From positions 32,001 to 96,000 of IMG/VR virus record IMGVR_UViG_3300021420_000001: a stretch of DNA of 64,000 nt; one strand, written 5' to 3'. The DNA comes from a virus. The notes under the pieces were generated by a model, which worked only from the letters and a program-made list of their open reading frames with translations, was not told where the DNA came from and did no database searches. The position numbers and the translations under genes were made by a program. Below, in pieces: positions 1 through 9,241 of this stretch (its first letter is position 1; each line of letters begins with the position of its first letter).

Positions 1-489
1 GCCGGATGCGTCCACAATCGAGATTCCCGTAGAAGTGATTTGGACGTAAGTCGTCGGAGCCTGATTGAGAATGCCGCCAATATAGATACCGTCAGCGAGA
101 TCATTGCGGCGGAACGAGCCGGGCGTGACAGGCGTGCTCTGGCCATTTTTGATATTGGTAATGTCTCGGTCTGAACAAACGAGGTAACCTATATCACCAA
201 CGACTGGATCACAGATAATTGCATTAGCTCCACCCTGTAGCCGAAAGTACTGAACCCCCGAAATAGTGCCATGGGGCTGGGCGTTACCGTTGCCATCGAT
301 CTGGCTTACAAGAGGCTGGACATCTACTGTCCCAGCTACGGAAACTCCGCCTGTATTGTGGACCGCCGTGACTAACACCACCTTCATGGTGTTCATGCGG
401 GCCAGCATTTGTCGAATGATAAAAGTGATCTCTCCTAATGGATCCGTTAGATCATAGGGAGACTGTTGGCCGTACCCAAAGTTGCCCAT
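1..489 (-). CDS. Baseplate spike/assembly protein (Gp138/gpV-like), truncated by window edge
   Basis: Not in the ORF track. Translated by hand from ATG at 489 (TGATG overlap with the upstream stop): MGNFGYGQQSPYDLTDP...GTVDVQPLVSQIDG...YFRLQGGANAIICDPVVGDIGYLVCSDRDI...RRNDLADGIYIGGILN. Frame stays open to base 1. Position follows the hub gene. Confidence 0.85.
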   Translation of the reverse strand, partial: MGNFGYGQQSPYDLTDPLGEITFIIRQMLARMNTMKVVLVTAVHNTGGVSVAGTVDVQPLVSQIDGNGNAQPHGTISGVQYFRLQGGANAIICDPVVGDIGYLVCSDRDITNIKNGQSTPVTPGSFRRNDLADGIYIGGILNQAPTTYVQITSTGISIVDASG

Positions 490-1433
490 CAGATTGTCGG
501 GACGGCCGTCTTGCCGGCATAGTCTGGATTGAAGCAGGCTAGTGTCGATTCCCACAAGCCGTTGGGAACGAGTGAATCCAGAGCGTGGTCTACACGAAGC
601 ACTACCCAGGTTCCGGTTGCTTTCGGAAGAGAGCTTTGGATCTGTATTTTCCCACCCAACGCAATCTCGGGATTGTAGATTGTCTTGACTGTAAGCCCAA
701 CCTGCGAGTACGAAGGGTACCCGATCATTCCAGTGCTCGGAGAAACCAGAGGCACAGAAAGAGTGTTACGTGACCCCCCTCTAGGCCAAATTGCTAGAAC
801 CTGCTTAGTGTTCACACCTGGAAAGACATCAGCTTCAATTTGCGCATCATCGCGCACCTTCTTCCACTGGTCAGCGTTAGTTCCGGGGAAGTAGGAAGGC
901 GGTAGCTTGACATTCACGCCATTGTTCTCAAAGCCGTAGCCCATTTGCTGGGCCAGAACGCTCATCACATTGCCAACGTCTACCGGCCCGGTGGAACTGA
1001 ATGGCTTAGCCGGGATGACCTGATAATCAAGCCCGGCAATGCACTCAAACGTAAACGGCACGTCTGGCGCTCTATTGAAGTCTGCAGTCGCCGACCAGAT
1101 CGTGCCGATGAACACAACAGATAAACCGTTAACCGCGTCACCAGCTCGGATCGTAATTGAATTGTGCGCTATAAGACTGAAAACCAAACCAAGTGTGGAT
1201 AATTGATTCATAAGACTTGGGCTTAGACCATAGACTTGCACGGTAGCCGTTGACCCTTTTGGCTGACCCGCGTATTGAATTCGGGCAGAAGTCCGCGAAC
1301 CAGAGATCGTTATCGAGTTGGCATTCGGTTGGTTGGACACGTCGCTAGTAAAGAATGGCGCAGCATTGGTCAATGGTGACTGCGCGAGGGTAACGTCAAG
1401 TTCGATTAGCTTTTGTACAAACGAGTCAGCCAC
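489..1433 (-). CDS. Baseplate hub protein (gp27/gpD-like)
   Basis: 314 aa with ATVQVYGLS, ITIRAGD, VFIGTI, LVSPSTGMIGYP motifs; synteny between plug and spike genes. Confidence 0.8.
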   Translation of the reverse strand: MADSFVQKLIELDVTLAQSPLTNAAPFFTSDVSNQPNANSITISGSRTSARIQYAGQPKGSTATVQVYGLSPSLMNQLSTLGLVFSLIAHNSITIRAGDAVNGLSVVFIGTIWSATADFNRAPDVPFTFECIAGLDYQVIPAKPFSSTGPVDVGNVMSVLAQQMGYGFENNGVNVKLPPSYFPGTNADQWKKVRDDAQIEADVFPGVNTKQVLAIWPRGGSRNTLSVPLVSPSTGMIGYPSYSQVGLTVKTIYNPEIALGGKIQIQSSLPKATGTWVVLRVDHALDSLVPNGLWESTLACFNPDYAGKTAVPTI

Positions 1434-1439
1434 TAGGGA

Positions 1440-1754
1440 CTATCCCTGATTTGGAGCAAGATCGGATGCTTTCAAATAAACCAATTGATACCTTGATCCC
1501 AAGCCTTGATAGATTGGATCGTTGCTTCCCTGCAAATCATTGAATACCAAGTCGCCAACAAATCCCAAATACAGCGATCGCACAATTCGATTCAGGTTCT
1601 CACAAAGAACTCCACCGATGATCAAGGTTGAGCTGATATACAAATTGCAGAACAGCCCGAAGGCTGTTTGCGTCAGTTGAATTGTACAGGGCTGGTTCGC
1701 CAGCTGAACCTGCAGGCTCTGGTTCGCCAATGGCTGGATGGGAATGATCATCAT
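1440..1754 (-). CDS. Baseplate plug-family protein
   Basis: 104 aa, IPIQPLANQSLQVQL...GFVGDLVFNDLQGSNDPIYQGLGSRYQLVY; typical size and position. Confidence 0.75.
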   Translation of the reverse strand: MMIIPIQPLANQSLQVQLANQPCTIQLTQTAFGLFCNLYISSTLIIGGVLCENLNRIVRSLYLGFVGDLVFNDLQGSNDPIYQGLGSRYQLVYLKASDLAPNQG

Positions 1755-2404
1755 GTGAAAGGAAGACTCGTCGTCTGTCCGGAAGTCAGGAATGGAACGG
1801 GCTGAACATTGCCCAACCCTTGCTGCCCACTATCCGTAGGCGAAAGGGTGTTACTGAAAATGGACGTGGACGTCTCTCGGATTTCCAGGAACCAAATATC
1901 GACGATCAGGACCCCCAGTCCGTTGACGGCGGTACGTTTGAAATCAAAGTGACTAACGTTACAACTCAGAAAAACCTGCTCAGGCGTCACAATGTTAAAG
2001 AGCGATGTTGAGTTCGCAATGCCTTCGACAAGCGTCAGGAGCGAGACCCGATTGGATTCCGCACCGCCGGCCGCGACCCGTACCCGGACATCGAAGGGCA
2101 ACTGAACCTTGTCGTAGCTCTGGAAGCCGCCTTGCTCGACCGGGTAGTTACTGATGCTCCAATCTTGCTTGTATTCAAAATCGATGATGGAGAAATTGCC
2201 AATCGCTCCGCCCGTAAGAAAGGAGCTAAGGGGACTCAAAGCGCTGGCTATGATAGGTATCCCAAACTCGGAATAGATGCCCCAGAGTAGCGGCTGTAAG
2301 CCCTGACTCAGGCTAGAGACAAGACCGATGAGCAACCCTGCACTCGGGATGGGTAAGTAGCTGGAGAGCGAAGGAACGCCAGGAAGGTTGGGGACGTCAG
2401 GCAT
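1751..2404 (-). CDS. Tail tube initiator / Dit-like baseplate protein
   Basis: 217 aa; ISNYPVEQGGFQSYDKVQLP motif; directly after the tape measure gene. Confidence 0.75.
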   Translation of the reverse strand: MPDVPNLPGVPSLSSYLPIPSAGLLIGLVSSLSQGLQPLLWGIYSEFGIPIIASALSPLSSFLTGGAIGNFSIIDFEYKQDWSISNYPVEQGGFQSYDKVQLPFDVRVRVAAGGAESNRVSLLTLVEGIANSTSLFNIVTPEQVFLSCNVSHFDFKRTAVNGLGVLIVDIWFLEIRETSTSIFSNTLSPTDSGQQGLGNVQPVPFLTSGQTTSLPFT

Positions 2405-3630
2405 CAGTAGGCACTATTGACGGAAGAACTACCGAAGGGCGAATTCAAGTAAGGAACCGCTCCAGGCAAACCTCTCGCAAATCCTCCAGCATCGGTCACC
2501 CCAGGCAGGTTCGCGTTGATAGTCCCGACATTGACTGTGCTTACGGTCGAGTTGCGTGTCGTGCGGTTATTGACGCTTGAAGCCGCAGCAGCACCTTTAG
2601 CCCCAGTCAAGGAGCCGCTGGCAATAACGACGCCACCTTCCTCGATACTGTAACCCGTAGCGCCTGATAGGATGCCTATTCCAGTGTCCCCACGAGGAAC
2701 TAACTTCTTTACTGGACCTTGCGGTTCCAACCCAAATACTCGTGACAACCAAGCCGGAGGGGTTCCAAATCGATCATGAACATGTTTTTCTAAGTCAGTC
2801 TCGATCTTCTTGGCTTCAGGGCTTCCAGAAGGGGCAAGCCATTTAGTTAAAAGGGTGGTGAGGCTATTTATGGCAGGAATAAAGTAATTTAACAGTACGC
2901 GAGCGACGTTATTTGCCGCTGTATCGAACAACGTCATGCTTGCGATGAATTCTTCCGAGAAGGTTCCCACTCCATCCCCCGCCGGAGTAACCTTCTCGGC
3001 TGCTGGTAATCGCTTATCAAGTTCCAGCAGCAAGTTGATCATGCGCTCGTTCATGCCTGGGAATTCACGCGCCACCGCGCCAAATTGTGCGCCCGATACT
3101 CCAGGGGTCCGACCATAGCGCGACAGGGCTTCAAGAGCCTTGATCGGCTTGTCATAGTCTTCTGGACGTAGTCCTATCTGCTTAAAGGCGGCCAACAACC
3201 CCGCTGGCGGATTACCTGGGTTACGTAGGAAATCTTGCCAGGTATCGGAAAGTCCACCAATAGCCGCATCAGCATCTTCGGCCGAACCGCCGATGGATTG
3301 CATAGCAATACGCCATTTGGCGATTTCTTGCGAAGAAGCATTGACAGTCCGGGCTAGTCGAGCGGCAGAGGCATCAAGGTGCGTCAGGTGTCCGACTATA
3401 TCCGCGATACCTCTGCCGCCATAGAAAGCTGCGACAAATCCGATAGCCTCGCGTTTAAGCCCAATAAAGAACTCAATGACCTTCTTGCCTTGGGACTCGA
3501 CTTCCTTTCCACCTTTGGTCGCTTCTTCCTCAAGCTTACGGATAGAAGCCATTGCAGACTTCTGCCCCGCAGTAAATTTCGCGGGATCGAGCGCTAACTC
3601 CAGAATGAGGCTGTCGATTACAGTGGGAAT
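2404..3630 (-). CDS. Tail tape measure protein (short); probable non-canonical ATT start at 3630
   Basis: The ORF track gives 2404..3552, but the frame is open upstream and reads (I)PTVIDSLILELALDPAKF, which resembles a typical TMP N-terminus. GGAG lies 7 nt before the ATT. Helical Ala/Gly-rich sequence; located between chaperone and baseplate genes. Confidence 0.75.
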   Translation of the reverse strand: MPTVIDSLILELALDPAKFTAGQKSAMASIRKLEEEATKGGKEVESQGKKVIEFFIGLKREAIGFVAAFYGGRGIADIVGHLTHLDASAARLARTVNASSQEIAKWRIAMQSIGGSAEDADAAIGGLSDTWQDFLRNPGNPPAGLLAAFKQIGLRPEDYDKPIKALEALSRYGRTPGVSGAQFGAVAREFPGMNERMINLLLELDKRLPAAEKVTPAGDGVGTFSEEFIASMTLFDTAANNVARVLLNYFIPAINSLTTLLTKWLAPSGSPEAKKIETDLEKHVHDRFGTPPAWLSRVFGLEPQGPVKKLVPRGDTGIGILSGATGYSIEEGGVVIASGSLTGAKGAAAASSVNNRTTRNSTVSTVNVGTINANLPGVTDAGGFARGLPGAVPYLNSPFGSSSVNSAY

Positions 3631-3632
3631 TG

Positions 3633-3871
3633 TCAGTCTCCGTCGGGCTTGCGCTGACTCAGAATGCGTTGATTGTGGGCATCCACGTTCACGACCTCAA
3701 GAATGTCGTAGAGGTCCTCGATTGAGAGGATTGTCTTACATTCAGCCATTGTCGCTTTACCACCAGAGATCACCGCGCCGACTAACGGTGAAACGTTTAC
3801 GTACTCAAGGAGTTCATTGCTGTCGAAACTTCCGAGATCAACTTCGACAGGCTGTCGGCGAAAGAAAAACC
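3633..3871 (-). CDS. Putative -1 frameshift extension of the tail assembly chaperone (gpGT-like)
   Basis: The -1 frame is open from the GGTTTTTCTTTC run (3860-3871) to TGA at 3633 and encodes ...ELLEYVNVSPLVGAVISGKATMAECKTILSIEDLYDILEVVNVDAHNQRILSQRKPDGD*. Confidence 0.65.
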
Positions 3872-4270
3872 AGTATGCAGCTCCAGCACTTCAGACCGTA
3901 ACCAACCCAACGTAGCAACCTCTTGAATCTCACCTGGGATCAAGGGGCGGGCCGAAGCCATATCTCTCTTGTCAGGAATGGCCTTGACACAGTCCAGCAT
4001 CTCGTCCAGAAGTGGCGAAAGCTCCTCGAACTTGACCGAGGCTCGGAGGAAGACATTCAAGGTCACAATGGCGACCCCGACCATGCCGAGACTCTGGATG
4101 TTGGTTGGAATCTGGGAGTCGGAACCCTTAAGCGCCAGGAAGGCCCGCATGGCCCACTTCTCGGCCTGGGCGGCGGGCATTTCTGTTATGAGAAAGCTCT
4201 TGTTGACGTCACGCCCCCAGGAAGGTTCATTCGGTACGGTTACGATTTTCTGCTTGAACAACGAATCCAC
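3797..4270 (-). CDS. Tail assembly chaperone
   Basis: 157 aa; GRDVNKSFLITEMPAAQAEKWAMRA...EVATLGWLRSEVLELHTGF; lies between tube and TMP. Confidence 0.8.
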   Translation of the reverse strand: MDSLFKQKIVTVPNEPSWGRDVNKSFLITEMPAAQAEKWAMRAFLALKGSDSQIPTNIQSLGMVGVAIVTLNVFLRASVKFEELSPLLDEMLDCVKAIPDKRDMASARPLIPGEIQEVATLGWLRSEVLELHTGFSFADSLSKLISEVSTAMNSLST

Positions 4271-4279
4271 GGTTACTCC

Positions 4280-4468
4280 TTACGGTTTCAGCTTCGGGTA
4301 CTCTAACTCGGGTTCGTCCACCTTACCCTGTGGCGGGTAATCCATCGGGGTCAGGAACTCGACTCGCTTGATCGTAATCCCATCATCCTGAAATTCAAAG
4401 GCCTTGACAAACGGGCAGTATGTCTGATGTAGGTTACCACACCAACGGCAAGGTTGTGACAATGTCAT
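4280..4468 (-). CDS. Small hypothetical protein (CxxC...H...C)
   Basis: 62 aa, operon orientation, fills the gap. Confidence 0.55.
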   Translation of the reverse strand: MTLSQPCRWCGNLHQTYCPFVKAFEFQDDGITIKRVEFLTPMDYPPQGKVDEPELEYPKLKP

Positions 4469-4692
4469 GGGAAGCTCTTGACTCGTGGGCTCGTTTCTTC
4501 CTAAGTCTGATAGGCGGAACGGCTGTAATGATGCTGGCTACAATTTTGCTAATAGCTACAAGGGCTCCATTTATCGGCCATTTAGCAATGACTTTTGGAT
4601 GGCTCGTTTGTTGTGGATTTGCCTGGGCAATTTTGAATTTATTCAAGCTACCTAAGCAGCCTGCGGGAACGAAGACTGCCACCGAATCATGA
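4462..4692 (+). CDS. Possible antisense two-helix membrane protein
   Basis: MSWEALDSWARFFLSLIGGTAVMMLATILLIATRAPFIGHLAMTFGWLVCCGFAWAILNLF: two hydrophobic stretches. AAGG lies upstream, and it fills an otherwise unexplained gap. Confidence 0.4.
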   Translation: MSWEALDSWARFFLSLIGGTAVMMLATILLIATRAPFIGHLAMTFGWLVCCGFAWAILNLFKLPKQPAGTKTATES

Positions 4693-5083
4693 ACTTACGA
4701 GGCTTCAGCGTACGGCCCGCATTCGGCATGACCGGATATGTAATCAAGAATCCATTGGAGAGCGTCCACTTGGTTCCAATAGCGGGAAGTTTGACCTGAC
4801 CAGAAGCTGCGTATTTGGTCTTGTTGGCTTGTTCCTGCGTCCACCATGAATCGAACACCGCATTGGAAGCCGAATCAGCTTGGAGCGTGATACTCCAAGC
4901 CACCGGGACGAAGACGAAGCCTGCTGAAAGAATGCCGTCTACGCCCATGAGGGTCTCACCCGCCTCCAGCGGCTCGACATCAAAGATGTCGTCAGCCGCA
5001 AAGCCTTGGAGCTGGACCGGGGCTAGTAAGACGTTCGGAATTGTCAAAATGACTATGCTATTGGCGGCTGTTATGTTGCCCAT
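4652..5083 (-). CDS. Tail tube protein
   Basis: 143 aa; NITAANS...LQGFAADDIF...MGVDGILSAGFV...ITLQADSAS; follows the sheath gene. Confidence 0.85.
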   Translation of the reverse strand: MGNITAANSIVILTIPNVLLAPVQLQGFAADDIFDVEPLEAGETLMGVDGILSAGFVFVPVAWSITLQADSASNAVFDSWWTQEQANKTKYAASGQVKLPAIGTKWTLSNGFLITYPVMPNAGRTLKPRKFMIRWQSSFPQAA

Positions 5084-5208
5084 AGGATTCGGGACCTCAA
5101 GTTAGAGGGTTTCGACGGCCAGAGACCGTCGTGGACGCGTTTTCGGGGGTTGGGGGCTAGGAAGGGGCGGTCTTCGCGAAAGGACGCGCCAGCGACCTTC
5201 TCAGCCCG

Positions 5209-6969
5209 TTACTGGACCTCGATAGAAGCCATGTTGATCTGCTGTACCGAGCCGCCGTCAGCATACCATAGAGAAATGGGGGGAGACCCCCTTGCAGCCC
5301 GGACGGCTGGTGATGCTGGGAGAACCTGTAGATACCAGCCCTGGTTGCTGACTGTGCCAGCAACGTTCGCACCAGCCGCCGTATTGATGGCGATGACCTC
5401 GGTCGAGGAAAGGATGACCCCGACCCGGATTGCACCAAAGTTGAGAGCCTGCTGAATTGGGGTGGCAAGCGCCTGTTCGATCAAGGCGTTTCCTGCGGCA
5501 TTGTACGGGATCGAGTTGATCGTGCCCAAGAGATTCATCAAGGCCAACTGGAACTGTGAGTTCATCCAGATCTGATTGACGTAGCTGTCCAACCACAGGA
5601 ACGGTCCCGAAATCGATCCAGGATAGGCGAAGACGAAACCAGCGTTGGCTGTCGCGTAGGCACCATAGAAGTTGTAGCCATTCGCGATCAGATTGGAGGC
5701 AATGGTCTGGTTCGTGACCGTTGCCGTCAGGCCACTGTAGGTGTCGAAGGCGATAGTCGCCCGACCATTGGTCTGGTTGAAATTGAGCTGTGCGATCGAA
5801 CCAGAGACCGCCGCGACCAGGAATTCATTGTTCGGGTCGTACCAGACCGAGGTTCCGGTATAGTTACTGCCGTTGACGCCGACCAGATAACCGAGAGAGG
5901 TCGTAGCCGGAACCGTCGAGGTCGGGCTTGCATCATTATCCCAGGCCAAGTAGGCGTAGCGATTATTCTGGCCGTTAGTCCAGGCCGCAAAGGCGAGTTT
6001 GTTGGTGTTACTACCCGTATTGATGGATCCGACAAGATCCGGATTGAAGGCCGTGAAGAACGTAGCCCAATTCGTCGTGACTTGTATGAGTCCGTTCATG
6101 AAGGCGGCGGGCGTCGTAGCTGCTGCGCCCTGAGACAAGACCGCCCCTGTGACCTGCGTCAATAGCAAGTTGGTAGCAAGAGCCCCAGAACCGAACGTGA
6201 TAGTTGACCCACTCCCGGACGTAGCCGAAACTATCGTAAAGGCTCCGGATACGGAGTCGTAGATGACCCCTGGCGCAAACGCGGTCATACTCGCAGAGAT
6301 TGCGAGCTGTGAGGCGCTAACCTGATAGGTTCCGGTACCGCCAGCTGAACCAGAAAGTTGTGAGATGATATAGGTACCGAGTGTGACGCCCGTACCCTGG
6401 ACAACGTCACCGACGCCGATCGTACCAGAGGAAAGGGATGAAATTGTAAGAGTTGTCCCTGGAGTAAATGCTCCGGTACCGCCGATCGAACCCGTAAAGG
6501 TTGCAGCCTGCGCTCCCTGGATCAGAAGTCCGTTGGCAATAATCTGCGCCGCATTGGAGAAGCTGGTCGCAGCGGCTAGGCTGATCGAAGCCGTCTTGAC
6601 TGATCCATCGATCGAAAGGCCAAGCGTGCCACTATAGCCTTGTAAGGTACCGAGCGTGATCGCCGAGATATTGCCGCCACGTAGATAAGCCGAAGCCGCA
6701 TTGAGAGGGCATTGTGCCATCAACAATGCCGCCGGAACCTGGGTGGCGTTTGCATTACCACTGAAGTAAGCGTTAGCAAGCGCGGTCTTAGCAGCATCTC
6801 CCGCCCCAAAGAAACTGATGACTGCCGCCGCTGACGGGAAGGACTGAACCGTGCCAATTGGAATGCGCGTGCTTTCGGTCAGCGCCAGCCCAATCAGGTT
6901 AAGGCCTGATCCGCCCGCACTGATGACGCTCGGAGTTACCGCAACAATAGCTGAGGCCGGGATTGTCAT
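5209..6969 (-). CDS. Tail sheath protein (DUF3383-like) with an inserted Ser/Thr/Gly-rich beta domain
   Basis: 586 aa; TIPASAIVAVTPSVISAGG, NWATF, GYNFYGAYATAN, WLDSYVNQIW, WYADGGSVQQI motifs. Confidence 0.9.
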   Translation of the reverse strand: MTIPASAIVAVTPSVISAGGSGLNLIGLALTESTRIPIGTVQSFPSAAAVISFFGAGDAAKTALANAYFSGNANATQVPAALLMAQCPLNAASAYLRGGNISAITLGTLQGYSGTLGLSIDGSVKTASISLAAATSFSNAAQIIANGLLIQGAQAATFTGSIGGTGAFTPGTTLTISSLSSGTIGVGDVVQGTGVTLGTYIISQLSGSAGGTGTYQVSASQLAISASMTAFAPGVIYDSVSGAFTIVSATSGSGSTITFGSGALATNLLLTQVTGAVLSQGAAATTPAAFMNGLIQVTTNWATFFTAFNPDLVGSINTGSNTNKLAFAAWTNGQNNRYAYLAWDNDASPTSTVPATTSLGYLVGVNGSNYTGTSVWYDPNNEFLVAAVSGSIAQLNFNQTNGRATIAFDTYSGLTATVTNQTIASNLIANGYNFYGAYATANAGFVFAYPGSISGPFLWLDSYVNQIWMNSQFQLALMNLLGTINSIPYNAAGNALIEQALATPIQQALNFGAIRVGVILSSTEVIAINTAAGANVAGTVSNQGWYLQVLPASPAVRAARGSPPISLWYADGGSVQQINMASIEVQ

Positions 6970-6995
6970 TTTTGGCTATTCCTTGCGTCCGGAGG

Positions 6996-7703
6996 TCATA
7001 TAACCTCTACGAGATTCAGGGCGAGAATGGATGCGAATTGCTGGCTCACAGAAATGTACTGGTTGGCCTGGAGACAGGCCTCAACGATCCAGCGATCTTC
7101 CATCGCCTCTTGGTCATTTATGAAAACCATCTGTTTGGGATCGTCAGCATACAAAGGCGCAACATCAAAACCAGAACTGATGAACTGATTTACTCCGTAC
7201 TCGTCGCGTAGCGAAGTCGAGATGACTACTGAATTATCCGCCGATGAGGGGCCATGTACATCCAGCTGGATTTTCCACTCGGTAGGCTGAAGCAACGCCT
7301 TCAATCCAGCAGCCATCAATTGACTAGACACAGTCTGTGAATTCGAGATCGAATAAGTCCCTGGACCACCAGACCCAGAAATGAACGCTGTTATCGTCAA
7401 CGAGCCCGTAGCAAGCCCCGTACCGAAGACCTGAGCACCAATTGCGATGGTCCCAGAGGCGACCGAACTCACGGTCATTACAGTTCCGGCTATCGAAGCC
7501 GTAAAGACTGTATCAGTATAGGTATCGACATTGGTCTCAAGACGCGTCTGGCTCAGCGGGGTCATCATCACGAAATCAGAGCCGACAGGCTCAGGAACGC
7601 GATTGACCTGAGACTTATAGATCCCAACTCCTGGCGGGAGAACAGCGGTCAGAAAGTTACCCAGGGCCGCAAAGACGTTGGCCTGATTAGGAGTAGGTAT
7701 CAA
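6996..7703 (-). CDS. Tail completion/terminator (neck) protein with inserted S/T/G-rich domain
   Basis: 235 aa; QVNRVPEP, IQLDVHGP, PLYADDPKQM, EDRW motifs; precedes the sheath gene. Confidence 0.8.
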   Translation of the reverse strand: MIPTPNQANVFAALGNFLTAVLPPGVGIYKSQVNRVPEPVGSDFVMMTPLSQTRLETNVDTYTDTVFTASIAGTVMTVSSVASGTIAIGAQVFGTGLATGSLTITAFISGSGGPGTYSISNSQTVSSQLMAAGLKALLQPTEWKIQLDVHGPSSADNSVVISTSLRDEYGVNQFISSGFDVAPLYADDPKQMVFINDQEAMEDRWIVEACLQANQYISVSQQFASILALNLVEVI

Positions 7704-7888
7704 GGTAACGCCAACGCGAAGTTAATCAAATCAGCGTCGGCTAGATTCGTGTAGACACCTTGCGGATTGGGAGCCAGCACATTACCGACACCGTCAACCT
7801 GGATTTCGCTGTCAGCAATAGCGTCGATGAGGTCAGCGTTAGTGGTTGACTTCGCAAGGATTTGCGCACGCGCGGTTGCGACGTTCAT
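7700..7888 (-). CDS. Small hypothetical protein
   Basis: 62 aa; GAGG upstream; stop overlaps the next start. Confidence 0.55.
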   Translation of the reverse strand: MNVATARAQILAKSTTNADLIDAIADSEIQVDGVGNVLAPNPQGVYTNLADADLINFALALP

Positions 7889-7912
7889 GGAGACCTCAAA
7901 GGCTTTGTAAAT

Positions 7913-8004
7913 TGGTGCTTCCGGAACGGATTCGAACCGCCCTACAACGCTTTATCCGGTTCTGTCACGGACCAAGGCGTCGATCATCCAATGAGTTCGG
8001 AAGC
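7913..8004 (-). ncRNA. tRNA-like RNA with atypical elongated anticodon arm
   Basis: Minus strand GCTTCCG...GGGCGGTTCGAATCCGTTC-CGGAAGC-A-CCA: perfect 7-bp acceptor stem, TTCGAAT T-loop, encoded CCA, minimal D hairpin TCAT/ATGA. Intergenic. Confidence 0.7.
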
Positions 8005-8005
8005 G

Positions 8006-8422
8006 TTAGTAGGTCTGAGCCTGGAGCGCGGCTAGTAGCGCAGGAGATGAGCTATCGTTCTGTAAGACCAGAACCGCCTTTACCCAGTCAGGCCATTGTT
8101 CAGGGACAGCCGTGACGAGCCAGACCGTACCATCAGGGAGAACGATGACATCGCCGCCCTTGAGGGTGACTCGCTGGCCGGCGCTGATGACACCGTTGGT
8201 ATAAAGCGTACGGAGCGTGCCATTCAGATTGAGACCCTCGACCTGATGGAGGTCCTTGATCGAAAGCTCTTGCACCTGACCTTGAACTACGACCGGGGAA
8301 GCGTACTGCGGGGAACGGGAATAGTCAGCGTTGGTGATGCTTCCGGTACTAGAACGGACAATGATCGGGATTGGAGGGTTGACTGTTCCAACCATGCCCT
8401 GGACTAGTCCGTGCATGTTCAT
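8006..8422 (-). CDS. Head closure / head-tail adaptor protein
   Basis: 138 aa; MNMHGLVQGMVGTVNP...GQVQELS...KGGDVI...WLVTAVPEQWPDWVK. Confidence 0.8.
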   Translation of the reverse strand: MNMHGLVQGMVGTVNPPIPIIVRSSTGSITNADYSRSPQYASPVVVQGQVQELSIKDLHQVEGLNLNGTLRTLYTNGVISAGQRVTLKGGDVIVLPDGTVWLVTAVPEQWPDWVKAVLVLQNDSSSPALLAALQAQTY

Positions 8423-8817
8423 TGGATAGCCGAAACGATCCCAAGCCTACGACATTCTTCCAAGGCTGCGTCAGCAGGGCCATTTATCCAAGATAGTTCT
8501 TGTTGCTCCTTAGTCATTCCTTCAGGTGGATTCATATGGGCAACAGCTTCACAGATAGGGCAATATTCTGTCCCATCCGGTTTCGCGCCCATAAGGTAGA
8601 GGCCTCCCATTTTCAATGCTTGACTAGTAATCATCCAATGACAAGACATTAATGGATCATAATCCGGAGTACCGCCTTTTAATTCAGTTACTGCATCAGT
8701 GATGGCTTCTTCACCACTCTTTGCCCCCAAATGGGATAGACCACGATTCTTAATTGCAGTCCGTAATTTATCCCAATGAGGTTGACATATACGCATTCGT
8801 CTATCTTTCTGATACAT
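8419..8817 (-). CDS. Hypothetical protein
   Basis: 132 aa with CQPH and CPIC; overlaps neighbours in operon style. Confidence 0.6.
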   Translation of the reverse strand: MYQKDRRMRICQPHWDKLRTAIKNRGLSHLGAKSGEEAITDAVTELKGGTPDYDPLMSCHWMITSQALKMGGLYLMGAKPDGTEYCPICEAVAHMNPPEGMTKEQQELSWINGPADAALEECRRLGIVSAIQ

Positions 8818-8995
8818 AACCCTCAGTACAGAACGCGACCGTTACCTTTGGTGTTCGGAACCCAGCATCGATCGGGGAGTCAGGCAGGATCGTACCAATG
8901 AAACTCTTGGCATCGGTCAGACAAGTCATCCGGTCAATACGGGGTTCCGCAACGATTGTCAGGTCCGAGTAGATCAGGACCAGGATGAAGGTCAT
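8801..8995 (-). CDS. Small hypothetical protein
   Basis: 64 aa, operon orientation. Confidence 0.5.
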   Translation of the reverse strand: MTFILVLIYSDLTIVAEPRIDRMTCLTDAKSFIGTILPDSPIDAGFRTPKVTVAFCTEGYVSER

Positions 8996-9234
8996 ACCAA
9001 CTCTGGGTTCAACATTTTCTCGAAGATCGTGATACTGGTCTTACGTTCGACAATTGGACGGAAGCGCCAATTCTGCCAAGCACGTCCAGACCCATCAATA
9101 TCAATACAACCAATTCCGTTTGTCAATGAATGCACCACGTAAATACGATTTTTGACCAGAGGATAGGTGCAATGCCATTTGTTCGCAGGCAGACTAGCAT
9201 CAACACAAACAACTTTCTGTCCAACATGGAACAT
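8992..9234 (-). CDS. Small hypothetical protein (VGQKVVCV family)
   Basis: 80 aa; shares its N-terminus with 44000..44245. Confidence 0.65.
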   Translation of the reverse strand: MFHVGQKVVCVDASLPANKWHCTYPLVKNRIYVVHSLTNGIGCIDIDGSGRAWQNWRFRPIVERKTSITIFEKMLNPELV

Positions 9235-9241
9235 GAGGCAA

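Noticed and set aside
5180-5197. Sigma-54 promoter (TGGCGCG on the minus strand) in the dispersed motif
   Set aside because: The -12 TTGC is not present at the required spacing in these copies.
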